Below are positions 9,100 to 23,623 of a DNA stretch of 64,000 bases, in pieces (position 1 is the first letter of the stretch; each line of letters opens with the position of its first letter). Both the position numbers and the translations under genes were made by a program. Location of the stretch: contig NW_026515682.1 of NCBI RefSeq assembly GCF_025526975.1, forward strand, positions 186,001-250,000. The letters are read 5' to 3'. The notes beneath the pieces are model-generated. The model did no database searches. It saw only the letters and a list, made by a program, of their open reading frames with translations, and was not told the origin of the DNA. The stretch comes from Fimicolochytrium jonesii (Eukaryota).

Positions 9100-12000
9100 G
9101 AGAGTAGAACCGAAGCAATCATCCGGCTTCTCATTCTTCAAAGGCAAGAAGAAGAATGGATCGAACAACACCCCCGAAGTCTCGGCTCGCTCGCTCCCCA
9201 GAGACAGCAACACTAATCCACCGAACGACAACTCCAATTCGGGACCTTATCAGCAAGGTCCCTATGCTGGCCCCAACGATCCCAATCAGCCGTACGGGTA
9301 TGGGTACGAATATGGATATGACCCTAGATATCCCCCTCCTCCCGGTGAAAACGGACCGCCGGGAGGCCCTCCGCCGCAGATGATGGGAGGTGACCCCAAC
9401 TATGATCGGAACGGAGGATACAACGGTCCTGCGGCGGATACCCCAGTGCAGCAGACCGGCCCACCACCACCCGACAACCGCCCGCCAGTAGATTTTGACT
9501 GGCGTTCACAGGCCAGGTTCGAGCAACTGGGCCCGAACCAACAGCCGCAGAGTCCGTTTGGAGACCCGAGTCGTGCAAAGGTGCCGTTTGACCCGGACCA
9601 GCCGATTCGTGGAGGCAAGATGGGTTTGGGAGCGATTGATGAGAGTGGGCAGGCGCTTGCGGAGGAGGGGTCGCCGGATGATAGGTTTAGGGAGCATCCG
9701 GGGGCATCTGACCATCATGTAGGGACTTTGCATTTTAGAGAGAGCAACATCGAGGCTGAATTTACTGATGCGGTCCGTTTAGGTTCCGCCAAAGAAGAAG
9801 CCACTTGCTGCGAAGAAACCGGTCAAAGCCGAGCCGAAGCCGGAGAGTGAACCTGTAGAGGCGCCGCCCGTGGCGAGCAAACTGCCGGCGAAAAAGGGCA
9901 GACAGCCTTCCGAGCCGGTTGCGGCGGCCACACCGGAGCCGGAATCAAAGGCGGCAAAGCCGTGGGATAATAAGAAGGCTACTCCTGTGCATCGTCCATC
10001 AGTGTTGGATGAGCCAAAAGCGGAAGAAGCATCGCTCGTAAATGCTAAGCTGCCAAAGCATTTACAGGGCAAACTAGACCGGCAGAAGAAGCAAGCCGAG
10101 GCGGCTCCTGGGCCTGCCAAAGACGTCGCGCTCCCGGATGTAGCAGCGTACCATGATGCAGCTACCCCGGATGTAGAAGCGGAGCCTGCGTCAAAGCATA
10201 GGGCAAAACCTCCCGTCAGGGCCCCAGCTGTTGCTGCCAAGCTGCCACCCACGGAATCGATGAGCAAACCTCGTGCTCGATCCCCTTCCAGCAACGCTCC
10301 GCAACGCAAAGCGCCGTCGCCAATCAATCTCCCTCGACCTCGCAGCTCGACCAAACGGCGCGTCTTCTTTCCCAAATCACGCATCCCGACTCTCAAAGCC
10401 CGCCGCCAGCAACAGCAACTTCAACGCCGCGGTCTTGCGTTCCAGCCCGACCAAATGCTAGATACTCTGCAGACCCTCGCCGCGAATCACGCGAAAGTCA
10501 GCGACTCGATCGTTGCCACGTACGGACCGCGGCAGCAGGCGCCTGGGTATCGCAAGGCCAGCGAGGCGATCTTGTCGATTCCGAGTATGCCACTCGAGCA
10601 GAAGGTGATGATGTTGTCTGAGCGGTTGGACGAAGAGGAGGAGGAAGTGAGGAAGTTGCATACGGAGAAGACTGAGTATGGGCGGCAGGTCGTGTCGTTG
10701 AGGAAACGGATGCAGAGGGAGGTTGAGAGGTCCAAGCCGTTACCCAAGGTCATCACTATGGTGCCGCCTAGCGTTGAGGTGAGGGAATGAGACCGAATAA
10801 CGAACAGTAGCTGCATTATGAAGGATTAATGAGCTATTCCCCGCCATCAGGCCAATCTGAACCTCCGATACCAATTCAAAAGATTGGTGGACCACGAACG
10901 AGAGAAGACGCAGAAGTTCGCAGAAGAGAACAAGCACTTGACTGCCCGCGTCAAGGAACTGGAAGCAAAACGTAAGTCCTCTCTACATGGCCCGGATTAA
11001 TCGGGCGGCGCACTCTTTACACAGGCCCCTTCCCCTTCCGTATAGAAAACGCGACCAAACACCCGCCCTCATCCGCTTCCAACTCGCACCGCAACAACGA
11101 GATCGTCTCCTTGCGCAAGCGTCTTCGGGAGTCCGAGACAGAGAAGCGTCGACTGGAGGAACTCGTGCACAAAGTGCAATCCCAACTAGCGAAAGAATCA
11201 AAGGAGAAAGAGAAGATCGACAAGGATCGGGAAGCGATGCGGCAGCAGTTCACTCATCTGCGAGGAATGGATCTGGAGGTTGGGATGGATTCAACAGCGG
11301 CAGGGCTTGGAGGGGTGTTAAGTCGGAGGGCGTCAGCAAGGTTGGATGTGGAGCAGGATGTGAAGAGGCGGGCTCCGGTGAAAAAACTGGGAGATGGATT
11401 GCGACACCAGGCGAAACCAGCAGGGGATGAAAGGCAGCCGGAGGACGAGCTGGCTGGACCGTCGACGCAGTTGGCAGAACAGAGGAAAGGCGCGGGTGAG
11501 CTTGGGAAAGCGCAGAATGAACGTACCGTCGCCGGAAAGCCTGTGCGAAAGCCCGTGGTCCATGCAAGGAGCCAGGTGGTGAGTTAACGTGGCTGGGCAA
11601 TGCGCTGTGATGGACCGAAACCAATGCCATCTATCCCGTAGCCTGCGCAACCTTCCTCGAATGCAGCAGAGGATCCAACCCAGGAAGGACATACAGAGGA
11701 GCCGTAAGTGCGCAACTCAAGACATTGGTGTGTGTTTTACATATCTTATTTTCTTTTTCTTTTGTGGGAAGACGTAAGCCGCAGCGGTCGGCAAAACGAC
11801 CGAAAGCTAAGCAGTAAGCACTTGTTTGAAGAGAAAAGATGCGTCAGTGGAGTACGCTGGTCGGTTATGAACTCAACGCACTCTATTTTCAGGGACAGGG
11901 ATGGTGAGCAGGACGAGGACCAGTCGACCGGAAGCAAAGGAGACCTAGCTGGAGACGGCAAAGGGTGAGCTCAGTAAAATGCGCATCAAATCGGAAACTC

Positions 12001-12457
12001 GTGTTTTCTAAACGCTCGTTTTGTCCACGCCCATAGCAAACTTCCAGGAGTGTTCCGCACAGCTCCGGACCGGCAGCGTTCCGTCCTCGCCAACCTCGAT
12101 CGAGACCTGCGCGAAGCCGGCTCTCTCATCGACTCCCTCGACCAGGACCTCGTACGCGCTGCCGATCGAACGCGCCAACGCCGCCCGACAGGCGAGATCG
12201 GAGCATATGGATCCGAAGATGACGGAGGCGTCGGCGTGCCAAACAGCAGATACGATGAGTATGATCGGCACAAGGGCTCGGAGGCGTTGGGCGCTGTTCC
12301 GGAGTTACCGCGACAGCATCGACCCCAAGAAGATGATGGCGATGAGAGGATGCGGTCGGCGAAGATCAGAGCGGAGTACAAAATCTGGGTGGAGAAGAAG
12401 AAGCAGGAGGCGGCGGCGGCGGCGGCGCAGGCCGGTGGGCCAATACCAAACAGATAA
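9100..12457 (+). CDS. Multi-exon hypothetical protein, Pro/Gly-rich N-terminus and coiled coils; start uncertain
   Basis: Chain of + ORFs (9380-9850, 9870-10790, 11111-11587, 12050-12457) linked by GT-AG introns, with heptad-like E/K/R segments. Confidence 0.6.
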
Positions 12458-12730
12458 GGCAAAAATAGTAGCAGCAAGATAGTTCCGAGGCTAATATAGT
12501 GATAGTTGCCCCGACTCTCCGATAGTGATTTCTCGACAGAAGTGACAGAACTAGTATCATAGGACAGCTCGCTAGGCTGCATGAGATTCTATGAGGAAAG
12601 ATAATAACATGACATTAAGAATTATAGAATACGTGGGGTGTTCGCACATGGAAAGGGATTACTGGTAACATTCCTCATAAATGCCATGGCTGCGTTCCAT
12701 CTTAAACTGCGCCATCATAACGCCGTCTCA

Positions 12731-14149
12731 TCAAAAGGAAGCAGAGCTCGAGTCTTGGTCACTCCCTCGATGTTCCACTACGCTCATAACTTCATGAACG
12801 ATGGCGCCGAGCTTCTTCCCAGCATCCGTCAGGTCTCCTGTTGCGATGGTGATAGGCCTGACCAACTTCGCCCCGTCGTATGATCCAAACATGAGGAACC
12901 GCTCTCCATCCTCGTCATACTCCACTTTCAGTGCCCTGTTCCCGTCCGAAGATGCATACACCTCCCCACGTCGGACAGGGGACCGCTCTGATACTATGCC
13001 CTCCTCGTCCGGCGCTACCGAAGGCGACACTGGACCAGTGCTGAAGATCCATTCCCACTTCTCCGGCTTGATACCCAGCAAATGCCGTCGCTCCACAGCG
13101 CTATCTCGCGGCGGTCCTTGCCTCCAAAGGCGTGAGAAAAGGTCATCGAGGTATTGTGTCAAGGCGTTATGACTTTCTGGAGCGATCGGCGGCTTCTCGT
13201 CCTCTTCCACTTCAAGAATTACTTGCAGGCAATGGCCATTGGTCATGCTCGGAGAGAAGATGAACACCCTGCGCTTCAGGGAGGACGAAATGTCATATTC
13301 AAGGTTAGGCAGTGTTGTGGCCGGATTGTTGCTGAGTTCGGCGTCGGGCACCATCACCTATAAATATGCTTGGTGAACAACAAGGCATATAAAATAATGA
13401 TGCGTATCTTACCTGAGAGGCCCACTGGGACCAAGAATTATTGATGTTCCGGCACCAGCCGAGTATCGTCGACTTCAAGCATTGAATTAGCCGCTGATGT
13501 CGAGGTTACAGAAAGTCGAGCACTAGCTCACCTTATAAAATGGTGTAGGTTCGCCACACCCTGCGTTCAGCTTGTACCGTTTCAAAATTGGCTCCACTAC
13601 AGAACAGGGAGAGTAATTGTAAATCCGCACTTCAATCTTCCCTGTCGCCACGGCTGCCTTGAATTCCCAAAATTCGATTTCCACGTCCGTTAAAGAGACA
13701 TGCACTTTGAAGAGCGCCGTTTTGAAGGTTGAAAACGCTCTCATGCTCGAATTTCCGCTCTTTGCCGGTCGCGGAACAAGGGAACTTCGGTAGAACCAAT
13801 CGGAAAACTTCCGCAGAAAGAACGTCCATAGGTGTGAGTCATCTTCCTGTGGGCTGACTCTTTCCACCATTGGACTGCCTCGGATCTTTGAGCCTCCGCT
13901 CTTGGTGGGATCTCTAAAACGGAATTCTTTGGGCATCGAGGCGAGTACATCATTTGGCGCCCCGTGTGCTTGTGACTGAATTTCTGGAAACTGCAGGGCA
14001 TAGAGGCCGGGAGCAAACTGGCCGACAGAGTCACTCTGTTGCGACTGTGCATCAACACACCCAGCAGACTCAGCCGCCTTGTTGACTGAACCACGGTGGC
14101 CAACATTGGGGTGTGCTACTTGAAACCGGAGGCGCGTTGTGTCTTGCAT
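12731..14149 (-). CDS. Hypothetical protein (about 3 exons)
   Basis: ORFs 13523-14302 and 12731-13357 can be joined by GTGAG..CAG and GTAAG..TAG introns. No recognised domain. Confidence 0.5.
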
Positions 14150-17100
14150 TTTGAGTAAGATTGCGTATGGGATGCTTCGCTCCTTGGTAGGACTTGTATA
14201 CGCCGCCAGTCTACATTGCGCTTTATGGACAGCAGCCACGCCCCCTTTAATCACCAAGTGCCTAAGAAGAGGGGTTAAAATGAGGCTATGGGCAGAAAAC
14301 AACAGGGAGATACTTACGAAGATTTCACGGATATTTGGGCCCCCGAGCTCTCCCTCACATACGGGATGTTTCTCTTAACATTGGCAGCGGTCTCCGGCGG
14401 GAAGAAGAAATTCAGCGTCATATCATCTCGCCGCATTGTAACGCCAGGTCTGGAACACTTTGTGGGAGGGCCGCCGAGAGGACGGGAGCAAGCGGAGCAG
14501 AGGGTTGCGGAACTGCGTTGCGCTATGGATCTATGTGTAGTGTTTCTGAAGGTTTTCGCAGAAGATGCGGAGGTGGCCGACTTTTGGACAGGTCTGAGCA
14601 GCAGCGGGGGACTTGGGGAGCTGATGACAGCACGCGCTCCATCATCGACGCGCTGAGGGAATCCAATTCACGCCAGATTCACGCGTCGCTGGAAAGTTGG
14701 AACAAGGCGCTGGGCAGGAGCCAGAGGGCTGTGGATTCAGGAAAGGCGTCGTCTGGGTGGAGACCTTGGAGACTTTAGCTGGGCATCAACCAGACCAAGA
14801 CAAGGGTGGTGCGGCTCGTTCAACGCGGACAGTAGCAGCCAGTGGCAGGACCACCTCTCCTTGTCCCTATAGTCGCACGTCGCCCTTGCGACTCCGTGTG
14901 TACCCTTAACACAGCAAGGCCAGGCTCTTCACCCGGTACTCGACCTACGCAAACTCATTATCGAATCAATTCCGGAAGTCATGAAGGTCCATCTCCTACT
15001 GTGTCTGGATGCTGCTCTGTGTAATCAGCTTCTCCGTCCTCCGCCGCAAACACAAACGGTGTCGCAACGAATCTCAGTGCTTCTCGTCGACCTTGTTGTT
15101 CGAGGAAGTGTAGAACCACTGCACTGTCCACTGACGAATACAGAAGTCAGGACATGGAAAGGCTTGCATACCATTCGCAGTGGGACATCAATATGAGCAG
15201 TTTATCGCTGAAAAGAACCTCCGTCGCTCCTGGGTAGGAAGCTGTGAACCTAAAGCCGAAGAGGATGCCGAGCCCGCCAACGAGCGCCAATATGGACGAT
15301 TTCGGATGCTGCACGATGGGGACGGGACTTGCTCATGATTGGTGTTGTCCAAAATGCCGCGTACTTATGAAAGTCGGTGGCAAGCCGGCGATCGTCACCT
15401 CGGGTGAGATTTGCCTCATCACGTCGGGATGTATGCGGCCGTACCATTCATGTACCACCCGCCGAGGATCCAACCACATTTCCATCTCTCACTGGCAGTG
15501 GCAGCAAACACTCAAAAAAACGGTTGATGGGCCAATATACATGTTTTGACGAACTGCTTTGATTCTCATATTCGTAAAACGCAAGAACGAACAGATGAAC
15601 GAGGTTCCTAGCGCGATCAGGAGTTGTTCCGGATACTTGAACGTTGGCAGGTTTCCCGTAGCTTGTGTGTTGAGTATATACGGCTACCGGCGAGCGGATA
15701 ACCTACTCCGCTGTAAGGGTGCTGTTGGCTTCATTGCACCGCTTACTTGGAACGAGCACGCTGGAAGGAGAAAGCTGGTGAGCAGTGGGAAGGGAGACGG
15801 GTAGAAAGCGAAATGCTAGGACGTACCATCTTTCTGCGCTTACGCTTCAAACGACGCTGACGCTTCTTCCTCCACTTATCACGCATGGCTGTGGAAATGA
15901 AACAGAATGGCTGTCAGCTTCTCACTGCATTGAACACCCATGACTACTATCCACCACGTCCGCGAGTCACACGGCCACCACGGGAATAGAGATCCAGCAT
16001 TCCCAAAATGCCTCAAGCATGTCCCAGTCCGCTGCCCAAATCCATCCCATCCATCCATCCATCCATTCGTTCGTTGGTCCGCGCACATCCTCTCTCCAGT
16101 CTGTCCCACTATTCGCCGTGGTCCCATGTCGAGTTCAGAGACGTTGTACTGCTGGATACCTCTTTCGTCTGTCGATACTAACCTGCTGATTGCTATAAGT
16201 GATGCGGGATGGATTCAAACGACGTGAACTCTCCACTTAGCTGCTTTTGATGAAGCCCGCGCCCCCGACGCGTCCCCGTTCCGCCGTGCCTTAGTCACGT
16301 GACTCGTCAACCCTGTCGCGTTCTCGCTCAACTGCCACGACTTCCACAGTTGAAGTTGCCCCAGCATTCCTGCCATTCTCGCCGCCGCAAGGCCCTACCC
16401 ACCGATAGTCATGCTCCTGCTGCAAAGCGTATAAAAATCTCCGCTACACCGGTCAGATTGCTGTGCCTGTCATGTCGTTCTCCGGCCACCTTGGGGTATT
16501 CCCATCCATTTTGGCAGCTCAATAAGATCAACGGTCCGCAATGGAGAAGGTCAAAACGCCCAGTGAACTTGACGAGGAGTGGGGAAATGTCTCCATGCAC
16601 AGCTGAATGACGGCCACTGCACGAGGGTCTGTGGCTGGATAGTCGCACCACGTCGATCTTGGGCACCGGACGTTGGCTCGCGGGGATTCTGTGGATTTTG
16701 TGGATTTTGCGCTCCGCGAGCTGCTGCAACACCATATTCAAGCAGTTCCAATCCCCCCTCTGCACACACACACACCTTCGAAAATAAACCGTCCTAAACT
16801 GGGAAGGTAAAAACAGGTGTTGCGGACACAGTGGTTTCCGCAGGCATAAGCAGAACCTTCAAGTGCACGTACCGACTAACTGAACTTTTTTTCTCAGTCC
16901 AAATAGGAATGTCTACTGGCAGCCTATCAACCTCTCCTCGTGGGGAGTTTTGCACCGGGTCAACCGCTCCCTACCCTTCAACCCGCAGTTGTACCGGCCG
17001 GAGGTGGGTTCCAGTACCACCATGTGAAAGTTGCCATCCATAAAGTGATAGAGCAAATCGAAAACCCTGATATAGCTTTCGGATTGATCGGTCTCAATCA

Positions 17101-17182
17101 TGGGCCTTCCGGGTCAGTTGTCTGTGATTTGAGCATCATATATGCGAATTGTGTTGTTGTGCGGAGGATACGTAGCTTTGGC

Positions 17183-17256
17183 AAGGGTGCAGTTTAGTGG
17201 GTTTTGCCAACGTTAAGCCAACGTTAAGTTGGGAAAACCCACTAAACTGCACCCTT
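17183..17256. mobile_element. Short foldback element / MITE-like palindrome
   Basis: AAGGGTGCAGTTTAGTGGGTTTT (17183-17205) is perfectly inverted at 17234-17256. Internal tandem CCAACGTTAAG x2. No clean TSD. Confidence 0.65.
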
Positions 17257-17799
17257 AGCCGAAGTAAGAATACACTTGATTCCGGGCGTTCTGGGAAAGA
17301 GGACGGTTAAAAGTTCGGGAAGACCTATTCCAACGGAAAACCTGTCGACGCCAGCCAACCGGGCTTTGACAAGGACTTCTGGGAGTTTGAATCGGAATAC
17401 ACGAGCCGGGCGTCCGCCGAACCGCCGCATAACCACTCGTAACCGGCGTCAACTCCCCTCCAACACTCCCTGTATCCAACGTCCGGACACATGAACTGCA
17501 ACGGGAAGCTTGGGCACCAAGGGTTTAGAGGACTGTGTGGGGAAGGAGGTGGTGGGTGATGGGGATTGAGCTGCGCATGGGTTGGAAGTGGCGGGAGATG
17601 GGACTGATTGGGATGAAGCGTATCGCTTGCGGGTTGTGGCGGCAGCGTGGGAGGGGTGGAGTCGGGGATGGGTGGCGAATTTCAGGCCATATTGGGCGCT
17701 GGGAGTTTATAAGCTTCATAAACGTCAGCTCAAAAAATGTGATAAGACAGCTCAAAAGATGTGATGTACGAATGATGCACGAATATAGATAAGCTTCAT

Positions 17800-20700
17800 A
17801 CTTGCTACGCCAGCTCTGTGCATTAATCTTGCGGCTTGATACTAAACCTTCACGATGATGAGCGAAAAGGCGGCCATGTAGCGACTTGGTTCAGGAATGT
17901 GAGGCAAATCGCAATTAGGGTCCGCATAGACATGAAACGCTGGCAGACGGCGATGACCCAAACGGGCAGAAAGCAACAGCATGGTTCGGAGTAATGCATG
18001 TGTTTATATCTCATGCTTCCGCTTCAAAATCTCCATGAAGTGCTCCCCATCTTCTCCTGAATTCGTTCAAAGGCAACATGTAAGCAACTTTCAAAATCGT
18101 CCGCGTTGACGGTTCACGGACGTACCCTCTATGGATGTTAGGAACCGAAGCACTTCTTGGCGGATCTGCATGGCGGGATTGGGCAATTTGAATTTCGAGC
18201 TCTATGAACGTTCTCTGTCCATTGAGGATTGGCATCGTGATGACAAACCTCTGTGTTCTTCAATGCCTTCGCACGTTCTAATAGGTCCAGCGCTAACTGT
18301 GGGTCGGAAGACGTTTTAGGCGTATCCGGTGGAGACATCGGGTGTGATGTTGCTTACCTGTCCGCTAATGCTTGTAGATTCCAAAGATTGCACGATCACA
18401 AGGTATGATGTAGCCGAGCGTAGTGTACCATCTCTTAGACACATCTGATTGGCAAATGGGTAGAGACATCATCAGCGGCTTATGGAAGATCAAACATGAA
18501 CGTTCGGCAAGTTTAGGCCCTTAGATAGCCTGATACCGACCTCAAACAGCACTTTGGGATCCCCGATAATCGAGAAGAAGTAGGGCCACAACGAGGCTTC
18601 ACTTTTCCGTGCCGTATGCGCAACTATCTGTGGGAAGTCAGTGAACTTCCGCAGGAAGGCTGTGATGCGCGGTAGCATTGCGTCTGGTCGTGATAAGACA
18701 ATCCGTTTGCGTTGGTTCCATTTTCTGACATGCACGAAACCTATGCTTCTAACCTTGTTGTGGGCTGAGACCTGTGCCAGCCTCGGCTTCCAGTGCTTGA
18801 TGTAGGAGAACTTCGAGCGAATGCTGCCAGTAGGGCAATTGCTGATACGTTTGAGTGACGAACCCGGCCTCCGCCTCATCGCTAAATCCAGGAAATTAGA
18901 ATCCAAGCATACTGCAACTCGCGGTGGGCAGAACTTTACCCGTAAAACAAGAGGTGTCGGACAAGGACATGAAGGAACAAGCGAGTTTTCACATCCGCTC
19001 GGTACAAGTGATGGTTGACTGCCGATGCCATTGGTATCTGCGACTCTATGCCGGCTACGAGACCTTTATTGAGCGCGACCGCTGGAGAGAACGCGAGGGG
19101 AATAGGTAAGAGTGCCATGACATGGTCTGCTACCAAGATGCGATGGACGTACTGAGCGGATAGAAGTCAACGTCGACTTGTATTGCGGGTGCAATCTCTA
19201 AAGTCGGATTCCATGCGGTGAGAGGGCCAGCGCCAGCGCCGACGTTTGCCCACATCTGCCAAATGTCGTGATGATAAGCAAATATTCTTACCACAGAAGA
19301 AAAGATCCACCCACACCATACCTGGAGTTTCCTTCCATCCATCACCCATAACGAATTGAACAGATTCCCAATGCGGTCTTGTGGTCGCGAGATCCAGAAA
19401 ATCTCGACTTTGGTCTTGATTTGTGTCAGCTCCCAACTCTGCTCAGACTGTTCGGTACCAACATTTCATTAGCTGATGTTGATCGCATTTTCGCAGATTG
19501 CACACCTACGTTTTCCTTGAACAGGTGGAGAGTTCCCCCATTCAACACTAGAATGCTAGGCTGGCTCTGCTGTTGTCCATCTTCGAAATGATGTGAATGG
19601 GGAGGCACCTGTGATGTATATTGGGGAAGATGGCAATGGCTCACCTCCAGCAGGACACCAAGCCACGGCTCGAACAGCAAATGGAGACGGTACAACGTCG
19701 TTCAAAGAAAGCGTCGTTCTAGCATGCAAACTCATTTTGGTTCCTGTACATCGACCCGATGAGAGATGCACGCACGTTAAATATGGCATGCCGATCTCAC
19801 CTTCCGAAGTCACAAGGTATTGCCGCAACACATTGTCGGCAGTGTATACGAGCAAGTTTGCGTCTGTCATGCCCATAGCAATAACAGAAGCAGGAAGTGG
19901 TTCGTTCACCAGCACATTGGTAAGGACCAGATTTCCTTCTCGGGAGAAAACTCGAATCTGACCAACCAAGATCAGCACGTCTTCCATGTTACTTGAAGAT
20001 TTCATGATCCGTACGCACCTCATATGTCTGTGTCTCCAAATCCTCGCATCCAGTGATCAGGGCATTGCGATACCAATGCATCCCACCAATTATTCGAAAG
20101 CTTTGCTCCTATATTGCATGCGAGGTTAGGGCACTGACAAGACCTGAACTTGCAAAACATAAGATATCCCACCTGCTGCTCGTTACCAAACAACTTCCAC
20201 TTGTTCGATGCAGCACTGTAATGTGCAAGTCCCCGGCTTCCCGCAATGGCGATGTAGTTTCCGTTGGCGTTCAGAGCAACATACTAGTCCGATGAGCGAG
20301 GCGTGTAAGGAAAAGCAACCCGCCATTGTAATGAATACCGGTGCGTATACCTTAATGGGCCAGTTTTGTGTCACGTACATGGGCGGGATCTGATATAAGG
20401 GCAATCGAGGTGAAGGTGAGAAGGCAATTCCATGCGATGCGGGCCTAGTTATGATGTCCAACCTGTATGGTAGATCCGGCGAATGCACCCAGACCAGCCA
20501 TTCTTCCTTGGCTGATGTCGATCTCATTGAGTATGATCTTCTCATCATGCACCAGGACCATATGCATCGCATTGTCCTGCCAGAAAGATTGAGTGGAGTC
20601 CCAAACTAGCAGTGCTCAGAGGCGGCCCACCTGGGTGAAATTGTCAACGAGAGCTGATTTCGCGAATGGAAGCACATATATGTCACCGGTGACGTCTGTA

Positions 20701-22571
20701 TGCAGAAACCAGATGTGAATACACAAACGCTTAGGTGCTTAGACTTCAAAGCAGCACTTTTCAGCACCTTCGTTGTGCAGGCATTTAGGGAGCACAAACA
20801 AGTCAAAATCCCCCACTCCCCATCCCTGCAAGCTGCGTCAGTAAGTGTTCCATGCTGGCTTCAGGTCTACCGAGCATTCGCAGTAACATACCAGATCTCG
20901 CACGCCAGTAAAGTAACCTTCCACAACAGGATCGTCCTCTTCGCTGGACGAACTTCGCAACTCTTCGGAGAACGTCGTCATCAACAAGCGGCCGTACATG
21001 CTCCAGAGTGACAGACCACCGGAGCTCCATCCCACTGCCAGAGCTTGACCATCTGTCGACCAATCCAAGGCGCTTACGCCTCCTATTTGAGCTTCGGACC
21101 ATCGGCATCTGTTAATGACTGTCGCGCAGTGCATAGCAATCAACTATAGCTACCTCGTCTCGCATGCTCGAAGGAACATTTATGTGACAGACTGATCTCT
21201 TGATTGTCATTATTTATTGCGTACACAAGAACTTCTCCACTAAATAATAGGAATACGCAAATACATATGGTAAGAGAAACTTTCCGGTCGCTATAGCAAA
21301 TCAAGGCGGCGCTATCTAGTCTTGAAACTCACGATGTTGTGCCAACAGCTATCATTGAGTATAGTTGATTCATCGCTATGCAGGTGGCTTTGGCGCTTGT
21401 CCTGTCCGAATTATAAAAGCAGAGACCCAACCATGTCTGCGGGCCATGTTGTGAGCCCGACTGGGGGGTGTGTGGGACGCGGAGTCAACATTGAAGGGCA
21501 GTACAAAGCTCCATACCCGCAAACTTCGAGCAGCACTCGAGCGTTGAGCAATGTATGCCTTGCCCAAAGCAGTGATCCATCCGTACAGCCCAGTATGCTC
21601 GTTCAAGACGATGTGCACCAGTCCTGGATTTCGATGGTTGTTCATAAAGAACCAACACACAGAACCAGCGGCGTCGACATACCACTATCGGCCTCATCGT
21701 AAAAGTCCACATCAGCCAGGTCGCTCGTACCATCGATGATTACGTCTCCCTGCCAGGACAGCGACACGATCGATGGTGGATTGTGCGTACATAGCAAGAT
21801 CTCCTCATCCCGACCGATCCCGCTAGCAGCGTAGGGAAGATCCAAATCAACGTGAGATGTCAGGCAAGAAGGGAGAGACTTCTTCATGCTCTAACCATTG
21901 GATCCCAGTAGCGATTTCCAGAGCCAATGTGAAATGAAGACTGAGGCCCTGCATCCCGTTCGCCTCTCCTGGTCCAGTCATGAAATGATGCACATTGATA
22001 AATTGCAGGTCGAGAGGCTTGCTCGCCGACTTCCTGATATCGTAGAAGTGAAGGTGTCCTTTGTTCGTCTATGGGTGATATCGACCTTGTCAACTGCCAG
22101 GCGTTCTCCTCCACCTGAGCTCCGTTTACAATAGCATACCACGACTGCAAGAGCAGTTGCGTCTGGCTTCCATATAATATCAAAGTTCTCCCCATCTTCC
22201 AGAATGGTCGACTCAGACCTGCGGACGGTTGCAAGTAGGACGCTTGGCTATATGAAGTCGGTCCATCTTGTCAGCCGTGTTCAACATCTTCGGCATCCCC
22301 ACCTTGCGAAGCAGCGTGCGCAAAGTCTTCGGTTCAGCAAATATCTCCAACGCACCCGAGAAGACCATAGATACAAGGTGTCGTGGGAAACGGCTGCGAA
22401 TAAAGGCATATTCCGACAAAGTTTCAAAGAGAGGAGCGCCTGTTGCGGTTCGTGGGGAATCCTCTGCCCCTCAGAAGACCCATCTTGAAAACCGTCCAGA
22501 TTAGCGCCAGGACCCCCGAAGCACTTATTTACTGAGAGAATGCGAGCTGTTGCTTGAGCGTGAAAGAACAT
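17800..22571 (-). CDS. RIC1: RIC1 (Rab6/Ypt6 GEF complex subunit), many exons; 3' end approximate
   Basis: N-terminus [12 protein letters not shown]..., WD-like [24 protein letters not shown], and the RIC1 domain [32 protein letters not shown]. Confidence 0.88.
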
Positions 22572-22698
22572 GTTAGCCAGTCGATCGCCTGTGAATAGAG
22601 ATTCCTCGCTGGACAAATGTAAATAGATGGTCCACTCGTCACCACTTTTCGATTTTGTGTACGCGAGTTCTGAAGCATCTGTTGACCCATCTTGCACC

Positions 22699-23623
22699 AT
22701 GGCTGCCACCCGGAAGACACCTAAGCAAGCAGCTGGCAGCTATATATTCCCTTCCATCCACGACTTCCCTCCCTTCTACACGTAAGTTTACGACTTTCCT
22801 AAGACGCCCAGGATGTCCAAAGGGTGGGGATGGGAGCAGTGATCACACCCGGAGGAACTCACTCTCGCGACCTTGACGTTTTCACAGAATACAACCGACA
22901 ATATCCACCCGCACAAAGCAACTACAGTTATGGTGTGAAATACTGCTGCAATACTGTGCAGCGACTCGCACGTCTGAGTTGCTCGTTGTGCCGGCCACGA
23001 TGAACCAAGATCCAATGACGCAGGCCGTGTTTGCCAACGAGAGGATAAGACGTAATGTATCGGTGGGGAAGTGAGGGTCTGCGGGGCAGAGCGGAATTAG
23101 ATTGGCGTTTGTTCGGAAACCTCATGCCGGAGCTTTCGATTTGCCTAGGAAGGTTGAACAGGGAAGCGATACAACAGATATCGTTGATGAGCTAGTGCAG
23201 CAAGGTAGGCTGATACCTTGTTGGCACGATGTCCCAGTTTGGTTGTCCGTTTCCGCCGGCTGACGAAAATCCTCAGGTCAAGCCGAATGGGACTCACCTG
23301 CCAAGGACCGATGTCTCATCTACTGGCGGAAGCCGGAGGATTGGGGAGCGCAAGTCTACAAATGGGCTTTCGACTCTGGATCGACGGGATCCATTTGTAC
23401 CGTTTACGAGCTTCTGCATGGCAAATACACTGAGGGACAAGGTGGGTCATCTCCTTGCGTGAATTATAGCCTGTCGGTTGTTCTCATGTGGTGTTGTTTC
23501 GCAGAATTCCATGGACTGAACGAGAAGACCATGGTGAAGGCATTGGAAGCGCTCGCAAAGTCGGGAAAGGCGCAGCTGTTTGTTGGCAGTACAGACTTGG
23601 AGATGGGCGTGAAGTTTTCATGA
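22699..23623 (+). CDS. VPS25: ESCRT-II subunit VPS25, with an apparent 2-nt frameshift at ~23175
   Basis: FPSIHDFPPFYT|IQP, FANERIRRRL, GQAEWD..YWRKPEDW, ICTVYELLHG, EFHGL..KAL..KAQLF..GVKFS*. Confidence 0.9.
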
